Shown here in pieces: positions 41,103 through 54,200 of a stretch of DNA of 64,000 nt. Under the pieces are notes generated by a model. It did no database searches, was not told the DNA's origin, and saw only the letters and a list, made by a program, of their open reading frames with translations. Every line of letters begins with the position of its first letter. Positions within the stretch are counted from its first letter, which is position 1. The DNA comes from Antedon mediterranea. Lineage: Eukaryota; Animalia; Echinodermata. The stretch lies in contig NC_092672.1 in NCBI RefSeq assembly GCF_964355755.1, positions 9,114,001-9,178,000 of the forward strand. Direction: 5' to 3'. The position numbers and the translations under genes were made by a program.

Positions 41103-44100
41103 ATGTCTACAATGGCGACGGAAACAACACTTTTCCAAGCTGTTGTATGCCTGTTTCTTTTCCCTCTCACAAGTGCCGTTGTGACATGTCCCAATACGGA
41201 AACAAATGCCATCTACCATGGTCGCAAGCACTGGACAATTCCAGATGCTATGACTACTTACAACGATACTGACTTGGCGAGTTGTTCAGTGTTTTGTCGT
41301 CAAGACACTAACTGTAAATCGTTCGCGGTTGCTGAAGACACCTGTACGCTGTATTCCATACAGGTGGGCAAGAATACCAGGAAGCTTGTTAAAGATATAA
41401 AGTCGGTGCATTTTGATAGTCTACAAGTGACACAAAAAAATCAGGTAGGCTTACAGTAGGTTTTTATATTCCTTCAAGTAATAGTCCATGTTTTTTCATT
41501 ACCATTTAAACCCGACCGGTGCTTATCAGAACGTGAGTACGTTTATACGGTTATTAAGCCTATCCACACATTATAAGCAAACGTTACCGAAATGATGTAA
41601 TTGACAACTGTTGTTTTTTCAAGTTTTCAAACTAGTTTTCTAGTGCAGACTATGTAAACTTGTAAAAGTAAAAGTAGTACCACTCTATAGCAAACTTTTT
41701 AACACTTTTCTAAAGTTTGCTAGCGTAAAATATGCTTACAAATTGATACAGTACGTTCTCTCGTCACCCTAAAACATGGTGCAATTAGAACATTATCGTT
41801 TTAAAGTATATAGATATAACGTGTAGTATATTTTGTACCTTATTTCATTTCAAATGTAAATTCAACAGCCAAATACAAATTAAGAAAGGATTTGCTAAAT
41901 ATATGCTGGACATACTTCAGCAAACTCGTGACTTTGAAAAGAAACATTAATGAATGTTTAACCTGCTTTTTATATTATTTTATTTTATATATTTATACAA
42001 TAATGATTTTATCAAATAATAAAATATTCAAACGTACTACCTAGAACTTGTTTTATGAACTTGATATTGAAACGGTTAAGACTATTTTACCAAATTGTTA
42101 TAAGGAGACTCCATGTCCTTAAGTTCAGAACTTCAGTTCATAGAGTACGATAATACGTAACACTATAACATAAATGAATTTTTTAATGGAGCTTACTAAG
42201 CTAAACTTAGAACATGTCAACACGCACACTTTACAGATGGTGTACGTAACCGTAGACCCCATTGACAGGATGTCGATGATGATTGTGGATTCGTTTTCAC
42301 TTTTTAACCTTCTGCTAGAAGATGCACATTTCTGATTGCTCTTGTTTTCCCAGTGTTTTAAGGCGACAACTCATCCTACATTGTTTTTATTGGATAAACA
42401 ACTTTACATTTTGTTATAGCATGTTTTTTTATGTTTCTCTTTTAGAGTCGTTTTGGAACATGTCTAGCGGGAAACTTGTGTGACAATGGAGCAACTTGCG
42501 TTAATGACTGTAGTGACAGAGGTTACAGCTGTATTTGTGCAGAGACTTTCCGAGGTATTAACTGTGAACATAGTAAGTAGAAATTATAATAATTTGGATA
42601 TTCATTTGAATAGCACCATATAATAAATGCTTTTGTGTATTTTTTTATATGAATGATAATATGTACCTGTATGGATGAACGTCACTTTGATTTGATTTGA
42701 CCAATCTCAAGCGATGGATTATTCTAACAGTCGCGTTGCGTCTACGTTCTTGCGTTACGTCCAGGCTATACATATAATAGTAAGACATTCGATAAGCTTA
42801 TTTGCTATATTTTGTGATATAGGAGTAATACATAGACTGAGTTTCCAAGCAACTATTCCAATCGAAGAACCTAGACGTATAACTCATTTCTGGTCTGAAG
42901 GTAGACTTTATATTGTTACCCGTAATACTGGGTAAGTACAAACTAGACACGTGATTACAGCCTTCACATGAAATAATGATCGCCTACATGTTAACATTCA
43001 TTTCGCTGTACCTAAAAACACAATTATAGTTTTCGATAAGCGTGATGTAAAATATTACCACAAGTCAATTGTTGTCTTAGGTTATGATTTCCTAAACTAT
43101 GGCTATAGGTAATGGATAGTGACAATAAGTTAGCATACATGATTGAAAATGTTCATCTGGTTTGTAGGTATAAGTATCTTGAAAATATTCTTTTTTCCAA
43201 ACCAATAATTAGTAAAAACTAACCTTGACAGTTTCGCTGTCCTGATCGGACAGCTTCTTCAGAAATAATGACGATCTATCATCAAACAGACTGACCTCTA
43301 GAGGGCCTATTCTGTTTAATGACAGGGTCATACACGTGACTGAGTTGGTGGGTGCCCTCGTCTCTGTTGATGATGGGGAGCCCAGTCTCTCCCATTGTAG
43401 CGAACCTGTATTTAGAATTTCTAGAACAGAAAGCTATATAGCGTTTGCACCCTTAGAATGTAAACCTCGGTTATGGAAACGCTACGTGGATGACGTTCTT
43501 GAAATTGTTAAACAAGACCAAGTTGAAAATCTCACACAACATCTCAATTCATCTGACCCAGCTGGCACCATAAAGTTCACCTATGAGAAAGAATATGAAA
43601 ACAAGATCCCTTTCCTCGATTCTCTCATCATTAGAAAACCAAATGGATCTGTCAAACTTTTAGTATATAGAAAACCGACACATACGGACCAGTACCTACA
43701 TTTTGATTCCCACCATCCTGTACATCAAAAACTGGGAATAATCAGAACACTATTTGACCGTATGAATTCCATTGTCATTATGGATGCAGATCGTAATACA
43801 GAAGAGGCCAATATAACATCAGCCCTTTCCAGATGTGGCTATCCTAAGTGGTCTTTCAACCAAGTAAAGAAAAAAATGAAAGAAAATAAAAAAGTAACAT
43901 CCAAGAAGAAAGAAAACACCACGGAAAGCAAAGGATTTGTAGTCGTCCCTTATGTAGCAGGACTTTCGGAGCGAGTTAGCAAAGTGTTTAAGGAGTTTGG
44001 CATCAACACAGCTATGAAACCCCACACTTCATTACGCCAACTACTTGTCCACCCAAAAAACCAAGTTGACAAATTGAAAGTGGCTAATTGCGTCTACGAA

Positions 44101-47100
44101 ATCTCATGTTCTAATTGTGATCACACCTACATTGGAGAAACGGGTCGTTGTTTTGGCACAAGGTTAAAAGAACATAGAAAAGAAACAGAAAAGATAACCC
44201 AACAGAGAAAGAACTTCACTCGTCAATCACATAGAGAATCAAAAAATGAACTGAGCAAATCAGCTATAGCAGATAATGCCGTCAAGTTAAATCACATAAT
44301 AGACTGGACACAACCTAAAATCATCGACAGGGAACCAGATACAAACAACCGACGCATCAGAGAAGCCATCTGGATCCGCAGACGAGGAAAACAAATCATC
44401 AACAGAGACGAGGGCACCCACCAACTCAGTCACGTGTATGACCTTGTCATTAAACAGAATAGGCCCTCTAGAGGTCAGTCTGTTTGATGATAGATCGTCA
44501 TTATTTCTGAAGAAGCTGTCCGATCAGGACAGCGAAACTGTCAAGGTTAGTTTTTACTAATTATTGGTTTGAAAAAAAGAATATTTTCAAGATAAGTTAG
44601 CATACAATCTAATTGCTTGTGCACGTGCGCTATGTTGCTTTATTTTACTCAATATAAAGATTTTGTTTTGTTTAGGCTAACAGACTCTCTTATCTTTTAT
44701 TTAATTTGTATTTGTGTGCAGAGAATCATCAAAAGGTCTTTATGTGTTTAAATATGACGTGCAGATGTCTACGTATGAGCAGATCCAGTTCATAGCAGAC
44801 AGTCTAGTGTGGCGTGTTAGAGTATTTACTATGGACGATGATGTGTATGTTTCAAAGGGAAAGACTTATTCTACAGATCGAATGCACGTGTATCGCTTCA
44901 ATCCAGAAACCGGTAATGATATTACTTTTTGACATAATATAAAAATTGATATCGTTTTTTAAAATTTCTATTTTTTTTTTGGTCCATGTCATGCTAACAT
45001 CCATGTTATGTCGTCAAATTAGTATCAATTATCATCATTTATTGTCAATTAAACTAAAGAAGATGTGCTATCTATTTAACAAAAAGATAGATATTTTTTA
45101 GTTTAAATGATATTTCAATTCTGTTTAAACTCTTTTACTCTTGCACTTATATTTTGGTGTAGAAATGTGTAATTTTGCAACTAAAGTGTATTATATAATT
45201 AAAATATTCTAATTCAAATTCACATCTCTAACTACTGCTTTGATAAGTAGTTTTTTTATATATTAAAATGACTTAGTGCTAGTGGAAAAACTCATTGATA
45301 CAGAGGCCTAAATATTTCACACAAGCTACACAAGTTTGTGTATATCCCTACCAGGAGGCAGGTAGTTGTACCATTTGCTCAACATTGTAGTAAGTTGAAA
45401 TAAATGGCTTCAAATATATTCTCTAAACACTTTGATTCTCGATTGTACGCATGCGCAACAAATTGTTACAGAAATCCTCATCGTATGTATTCTCAAAAAC
45501 GATAAAATAATACAGTACAAAGAAAACAATAATGTAATAAATAATTGATTTTCTAAAGAACAATTTGAGGATACATTCACAATTGAATGTGGGGGTTGCT
45601 CAACATCATTTCTACAAGATAGCAGAGGAGACTCAAATTTGTTCGTTGCTCGATATAAAAACCCAGACAAAACTACAAACTCGGAAATGTATTCATTTAC
45701 AAGAGATACAATTGGTGGAAAATTCAGTCAGGTAGTTTTGTTTTATTTAATTTGTTTTTATTCTTAATTTTAGATACATTAGTAGTTAGTGTGTGTAAGA
45801 AATGATTTTCCAAATGATCGTAAAATCAAAACGTTAACTACACTGGGTTTGTCTACCAATCGTCATCCGTTCATTTTTAGTGAAATCATAATTTTGGTGT
45901 TTTTTTTTACAGAAGTGTTTGACAGTGTAGACAGAGAATTTGTTGGGTACAACTTTCTAAATCCAGTTACCTTTGTACCAGGTCACTTAGTTTATATAAA
46001 ATCACTAAAATAACTACGTTAATTTCTTCATAAAGGTAATTGCAACAAATGGATTAGATGCCACAAAAATTTTTGAAATGGACGGAAGTAACTACCTAGT
46101 TTTGGCACAGAAGGACAATACAGGTGGAGATGTCCAAGACACGTTGATATATCGGCAACGTCACGATTACGGTAAGAAATATTACATATAATTATATACA
46201 CTATTAACTTATAAATAACAGGTTCGTGTACAAGAATAGTTGCCGTTTTGTAATACATGGCCCGATAACAGATACACATATTTTAATTAGAAGATAATAT
46301 ATATATATATATACATATTAATAATACACAATTTTAAGTTCAAACAAATTCAAATCATGACTAAAATGGTTAGGAGGAATTTTAGATTTCAAAAACAAAA
46401 ATAGAAGATGGACAGGAACTGAAGAGAAAATTGGCTAATGCTGAAAAGGAATATCATTTTGTATTTGGCCTATATCAAAGAACTTATAACACAAGAATCT
46501 CCTGTTCGTCCGAAGCGCGTAACAATTTCGAAAGGCATTGTGGGATAGAATAGAGCTATGGGTGGCGCCATTGTGAGCCATGGAGTAGGGCGCCCGCATC
46601 AAATTAGAAAGTCAAAATCATAGAGGGGATCTGCTAATGCTCTAGGGGGGATAGAGTAATTGACTGAGGAGTAGGGCGCCCGCATCAAATTAGAAAGTCA
46701 AAATCATAGAGGGGATCTGCTAATACTCTAGAGGGGTAGAGTAATTGACTTCCTAGTTTGGAGGGGGCGCTGCTCCATGCTGTGAAATGGCGTCGCCCAG
46801 TTTGACCTTTTAACCCTGTACTTCCGATACTGTGTTTTGAATGCAAATTGAAGAACAGGAGATTCTTGTGTTATAAGTTCTTTGCCTATATCCACATTAC
46901 AAAGAAATTAGACAGTTTTAATTTATTCATACAATTAATAATGAATAACCTGGTAAGATTTACCCTTTTTCGCATATTAACAAGGAATTTAAACTCGATA
47001 ATTAAATTTATCTTGCTAGAGTACTCAGATAGATGTATTCATTATATACTATTATATGGGCAAATTGCACCACAAATTATTGAATAAAAGAATGAAGTAG

Positions 47101-50100
47101 AGGGCACTCCATAGTACACACCTCTGCATAGAGTACAATTATACTGTATATACAAATCCCCTTCCCATCCTCCCCCACACCCGAAAATAATATATGTTGT
47201 CTAGTCTAGTGTGTGACTAGGCTTAATTTCACCCTTTTGGAGGAGTATCGTGTAATGTGTATGCATTCAGCTTCTCACGGCTGAGAACTTTGTTCAAATT
47301 ATCTTAAAATGATTTTTGTTAAATTATTATTTAATTTTTTGTTTATTATTGTTGTTTGTGCCGTGACATTTTTAATTAGGTTATATGCATGATATGCATA
47401 TAACCTCTTGATTCTGTCAAAATCTTTATTTATTTATTAGGTTATATGCATTATTATGCATATAACCTCTTGATTCTGTCAAAATCTTTATTTATTAGGT
47501 TATATGCATTATCATGCATATAACCTCTTGATTCTGTCAAAATCTTTATTAGGTTATATGCATGATAATGCATATAACCTCTTGATTCTGTCAAAATCTT
47601 TATTTATTTATTTATTAGGTTATATGCATGATAATGCATATAACCTCTTGATTCTGTCAAAATCTTTATTAGGTTATATGCATTAATGCATATAACCTCT
47701 TGATTCTGTCAAAATCTTTATTTATTTATTTATTGATTTATTTATTAGGTTATATGCATTATCATGCATATAACCTCTTGATTCTGTCAAAATCTTTGTT
47801 TATTTATTCTTTCCTTAGCACTATTTTGTCCGTGAATTATCTTGATATCAGTTTCATCTAGCTAAGTCAATTTTTCAGAGTATATTCCTTATGGCCAGGA
47901 ATCGATGTGGTTATGTTTTCACGGTGCGCAATGGCATTCAAGGTACCGAGATCGAGTCTCACCTTGGGAAACGAAAAAAAAATTTTTTTTATTATCCGTA
48001 TTGTTTGTTCAAATTTATTTCTTTGTGTATAGATTATACACATGATTTATAATGAAATCTAGATAAAAAGTAACTTATGTCTTTATTATTATGTAACAAC
48101 AAATGTGGTTTATGACATTATACGCATATGGATCTTTGATCGGATTGTGATACCGGCTATGGTGTTCGCGTTAGCAAGGTCCTATCATATATTATAAATA
48201 ATTAAAGATTCTGAGAAAATCAATGAATCAATATATCTTTTAAAAATCAATTATCTTTATTTAAATCAATGCATATAACCTATAATTCGTCATATAGTGA
48301 CGAATTAAATATAGTTAATTTTGTTTTTGTAATAGGTGGTTAAAATAAATATGTTATTAACAGATGAAGATTATACACTCTTGAAACACAGAATTGATTA
48401 GCTAAAATAAATTGTTGTTTTTCTTTATTATTTTGTCTGTTTCAGGAAGGCCTGCAACAGCATCAGTGTTCGCAATTTTTATTCTCAGTGAAGGTAGGCC
48501 TAAACTTGTCAAGTTAAAACAGAAATGTTCGAGTGTTCCGAGTACTGATGGTTCGATTAACACTTACACGCGAAGAGAGACACGCTGCATGCAAGCGTCA
48601 AGCCGATTTTTCACTAGGCGAATTTTAAAGCGTCATAGCTCATTTCCTGAGCTCTGATTGGTAGCGCAATATTTCGCTTGGCAAAAAGTAGAAACAATTC
48701 GAACTTATTTTGTTTTCCTATGCAATTAAGACAGAAATCATGAATAATACATTACCTTAATTATTTTCTATTAGAATTGCAAGATAGCTATCTTCTTCCT
48801 AAATATACTAAACCTAACCCTCTAAATAATCTCTCTCAACTAATAAAAAAACAGACCAAACATTTCGGTTGGCAAACGCTTCTTACACAAATTATTTAAT
48901 GTCTCTGCATGCTAATTATTCAAATGAATTATTCATGATTTCTGCCTTAATTGCATAGGATAAAACATAATGCGTACCGGCCTTAATAAAGAAATGTATC
49001 CGATGTTCGAATATTTCAAATAATAATAATATTATCAGCGTATCAATTTGAACGCAAAACAAATTGACTAAAATCAACGTACCTGGTGTGTTTCACAGTA
49101 TACTATAAACCTTTCCACTTTCACTTTTAAATTAAAATGTACCGGTACACATTCCAGTCGATTCTCGATACTGTATCTATTTCCGAAGTATCAGAAGAAT
49201 ATTATACAAATAATGAATGTTTATGAGTGCAATGGTACAAATAATGGCACGAGGTGAATGATGAAAGGTTATATCAACGAGGCAAAGCCGAGTTGATATA
49301 ACCTTTCATCATTCACCAAGTGCCATTATTTGTACCATTGCACGAATACAAAACATTCATTATTTGTTTTATATAACATCTAGACGGTTTTTTTTCGTAC
49401 ACAAAAATGTTTCAAAAAGTACTATTTAACGATCGTTGAATAGTGCGTACTATTGCACGCCATGTGACCCACATTCGTCCAATCAAATGACAGGAATTTA
49501 TATAGGTGTTATATAATTAGTAATATGCCCCACATGTGTATCTAGTAGTAACCTAACTTTTAAGCACCATTTATGTGATATGAGATGCTGTATTTACAAA
49601 ATATTCCTATGAAATAGATGTATGTCGAGACTATAGCACATTCGATTAAATACAAAACACAACCCATAGAAGCATGCTCAAAACACATTTCAAGTAAAGG
49701 TGTTCACTGTTAAAACACCTTCATTAACATGTAGGCCTATGATATAATATTTGTTTCGGAGAGACAATTTATATACAGTACCTTAATTACCAATATTAAA
49801 AACAATAAATCATAGCCTTCAGCTTATAATATATCTGTTAAGAGTTTTTATTGAAATAATATTAATTCATTTAACAACATTTGTATGATTTAACTATGCT
49901 TGACAATGTTTCAGAATGCTATACTGCTACTGATGGTGTTGATTATCAAGGTATAGTAAGTACCACCACTGGCGGTTACACGTGTCAAAAATGGACAGAC
50001 CAAACGCCTCATACACACAGTTTCACACCAGAGACATATCTTGGTTCTGGGTTAGGAGACCACAACCATTGCCGTAACCCTGATAGTATCACTCAGCCCT

Positions 50101-51210
50101 GGTGTTACACAACTTCTGCAGCACAAAGATGGCAAATTTGTGATGTTGGACCTCCAGTGACAAGTTGTAGTAGGTTACCGTTCAATACTTGAATACAGTT
50201 ATTTTCTTTTCAAATGGGCGGCATTTTATCGCACCTATTAGCCCCTATCGTATTAGTATTATTGGGTATTAGTTTTAACTATGAAAAGTTCTTGGCAAAT
50301 AAGATCAGGCTTTTCAGTAGAAGCGTAAAGTAAGTTATCAATATATTTTATTTACATTTATTCAAAATGAGTGAAATAAAGTTGTTTCCAAGTAGTGGTT
50401 AGTTAAAGAATAAAAAGAGTTGCGGCAGGTTCATTAATAGATTTTTAATGCATTTGAATGAATATATTATTTAAATCACCAGTAGGTTAGTAATCCTAGA
50501 GGGATGGTTGTCCATAGGGTATTTTTTATTGGGGAGGTGGTTGTCCTAGGAGGTAGTAGTTGTTCTGCTAGGTAGTTGTCCTAAACGGGAATTCCCTAGG
50601 GGTAGTTGTTCTATTGGAACTCCAGCAACAAACTGCAGTAGGTTTAATACTTCCACTATTTATAAATTATTCAAACGGGTATCATTTTTTTACAAACGTC
50701 TGTTATTTTAGTAGGCCTTATTATGGTGTATTAAGTTAGTGTTAGAGGAATAATCTGTCGACTATTTGATCTAGATTTTCACAAATAAGACCACAAAATA
50801 GTGAGTGAGTGGCCGAGCGGTTAAGACAGTGGAACCGTAATTACGTAGCCATAACATCGGCAGGGGTTCGAGGCTCACTCACTCCATGGTTCTGGTGGTA
50901 GAACGAGTCTTCTCGGATAAGGACTATAAACCGTAGGTCCAGTGTACACATCTAGCTCGTGTGCACTTTAAAGAACCTAGTACATCTTTCGAGACGAGTA
51001 GGGGGTCACCCCGGTGTATTAGTACATCACAGCCACTGATCACCAACTGGGCCCTCTGGGAGACCAGTCTTTGACTGAAGAGGTTACCCAGTATAAATAT
51101 AAATTTCAATCAATTCAATTCAATCTTGATATTTGCATATGTGTATCGGAAAGTGAACTGCTTTTTAGTAATACACCATTCAAAGGGATTAATTTACTTT
51201 TGTCAATGCT

Positions 51211-51294
<84 letters not shown>

Positions 51295-54200
51295 CCAAAG
51301 GCAAATTACTGAAAAAAATGACAATGCTGTGGGTATCAGTGGCTGGATCTCAATGGAGATACAAAAATAAAAAGCGAAAAGCTAAATCAAAACGATAAAG
51401 TAAACAGCCAGAAAAGTTAGCAGAGCTTTCGGGCAACACTAGCCCTTCATCAGTGCAAGTTATATATATATATATATATATAAATCGTGGTGAATTTAAC
51501 GCAGACCATGAAAGCGAAAGTGCTCGATACAAAATGTAGAGCCAAATATAAATAAATGAAAGACGCTAGTAAATTACCAACTGAACATTTTATTGCACTA
51601 CAGGCTGTTTCATGAGTATGAACTCAATCTTCAGGTGCTTGGCTCTGAATGATAGTCACAAGTGAATATAAAAAGCTATAATGAAGTCTTAAGGCAAACT
51701 GTTTATGTGAACAATAGTATGCTAATTAGCAAGTACAACACATCTCTATTTCCTGGACAGTCTATTGTTAACCAAATTCTTATTATCTAAATTACTGATA
51801 CCTTAATAGAAACTTTCTCCTATGTCTACATATTCAGGTTGAGATTATCAGACCGTTAGGATAGAGTGCTCAATACCAAGGTAGAGCAAAAATAAATAAA
51901 ATAACAGCAGAAAACTTGGTTACAATTAAAAAGTTTAGATGTTTGATTAATAATAGAGCCGAAGAATGGGAATGCCAGGGATAATCTTCTGTAACATAGA
52001 TTTGTATCACTCTATATTCTGACTTGACGTGCACAACTGTATTTCCATAAGTGAGAGGGTGTTGATATAGGAGCATTGATTTCGTATAATTTTTCTTTTT
52101 TTAATCTGTGTGGTGTAATGTCTGCTTTTTTTTGTTTTCCAATGTATTAAAGAAAGATTGAAAAAAAGACCACAATAGTGCAACTATAACACTCTCTTCT
52201 TAACATGTTTTTTCTTTCTTTTTGCCTGTTTCATCATACGGATTTAAGTTAAAAGTAAGTTTTTTTTATATTTTGTATTACGCTAGAGACCGGACAGGAC
52301 AACAAACAAACACAGATAAACCATCATTGGATGGAAATGTCATTTACTATAATGACGAATATTTAAACGTGTATATTGTTAAAACATAGATGACGTATTA
52401 ACACAAATCACTTAGTATAAAACTAAAAAAAAAATATAAAATGGGTTACGCCCTATGCGTTATGTCATCTGAAACCATAAATCAAATACTGCATAACGGA
52501 TATCAGTAATCGGACTATTTTTAAACAATTAATTGTTGCGTTACCGCATGCATAATGGCGTTGGTCCCACAGAGCTCTAAACTTTGAAACCATTTTAAAG
52601 CTGCATATTTGTATGGGTAATGGTAGAGCTGTGGCACAAATTAAACATTCATGATCCAACTCGTGTGACAGAGCCAGTTTAAACAAACATTAGTGACTTT
52701 GACTTTGTATTATATTTTTTATAATTATGTCGTTTTTCTTATATATAAAAAAATATTTTAAAATAGAGTGGAAACTTGTGTACAAAGCTGTTTCTGGTGT
52801 TAATAACGTTGACCTGTATGATCTGTGGAACACAGCAGGATCAAGAAATGAAGGAAACCAAGATGCCATGAAGCTTGATGATTCCTTCAGAGACCATTAC
52901 AAAAGCAGCCTAGTTGACGCTTGGGATAAGGTTTCAAAAGTAAGGAAAATAATAATAATTTTAATTGTAAAAAAAATATATTTAAAATATTGATTTTTTT
53001 TTATAATGCTATATTAGTGGAATTGAATAGTAATAGGATTGAATAATATTGGTATTATGTTACAGAAAAGGAAGAAACAACATAGAATTTTCTTACGGTG
53101 GTAGCCTCTCTTTCTCTTAGCCAACTTAGCCAAAATAATCCTGCATCAAGTCTCTCTTCTTTTCTTGCTACACTCAACATCTCCCCTTTTATCTACGCCC
53201 TTACTTGTTATTTTATACTTTTTTTGAAGGTAAAGATTGCTCTTTACGACAATGGAGAATCTAAATTGTCGTTGATATTCAACGCTGTAGGCGCTACTAA
53301 AACTGAATGGTTCACAAAAGCAAGACTTCTGAACTACCCGTGGAAAGACCTTCGTACTAAAACACCAGCAACTTTTAACATGGTAATGACAGGGTGGGTT
53401 ATTTTTTGTTTAGTTCTACTTAATAAGCACATACACTAAAATACTAAATGAAATGTTTGCCAAAGGAATTAAATACTGTATTAGGAACACCAATCCCATG
53501 AAGAATAATTTTCAATAATAGAAAAAGACGATACACTATTTGAATATTCGCAGGCAACCATTTTGTCGGGTATTTAATTAATAATATTTTTGGCAAACTG
53601 AATTCCTCAGACTAGCCTTTACCGTAGTACAAACTAGATTAACAAGGAAGTAGTATTACTTATTCATATAGTACCAATGGACGACGATATTGGAACATAT
53701 TTGATGTCCTTGGAAATTGCCGAGATCGCATTCTATGGCTGTCAGTGGCACCTTTTGTAGGATGTATTCACGAGCTAACTGAACCTGTTCCGGTGTTTAT
53801 GTACTCTGATCGAAAAACGTCAATAAAGGCCCAACCAGACGGTAAGGATGGAAGTAGATTATCAACAATAATAGTGATGACATCACAATCAGAATAAGCG
53901 CCTTGAACTCATCCTTCTTTCTTATTCTGTTCCCCGTAGTTAGTGAAATGCTTTAATTACAAGTTGTATTCTTATTGCAATTATTTACATAGTGTTTATA
54001 TAGTTTCATTGGTATGTTTGATTCAAATAAATTACTATTCTTCTTGTTCTTGTTGCTGCTGTTGTTCTTGTTGCTATTGTTGTTGCCACTGATGTTGCTG
54101 CTGTTGTTCTTGTTGCTATTGTTGTTGCCACTGATGTTGCTGCTGTTGTTCTTGTTGCTATTGTTGTTGCCACTGATGTTGCTGCTGTTGTTCTTGTTGC

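Larger units (their letters stand above)
43125..44606 (+). mobile_element. 5'-truncated Penelope-like retroelement (RT C-terminus + GIY-YIG endonuclease) with an inverted pLTR and a 15-bp TSD
   Basis: ORF 43336-44487 contains RYVDD, FLD, YRKPTHTDQYL, and GIY-YIG motifs VYEISC...YIGET...RLKEH...EAIWI...NRDEG. 43175-43374 is the reverse complement of 44395-44594. ataagttagcataca occurs at 43125-43139 and 44592-44606. Confidence 0.9.

Noticed and set aside
43336-43440. N-terminus of the Penelope ORF as a real start
   Set aside because: It begins inside the inverted pLTR. The RT is 5'-truncated, so the element is not autonomous.
50800-50885. Possible tRNA gene
   Set aside because: It has A and B boxes but no convincing cloverleaf, and it continues into a SINE body and tail.
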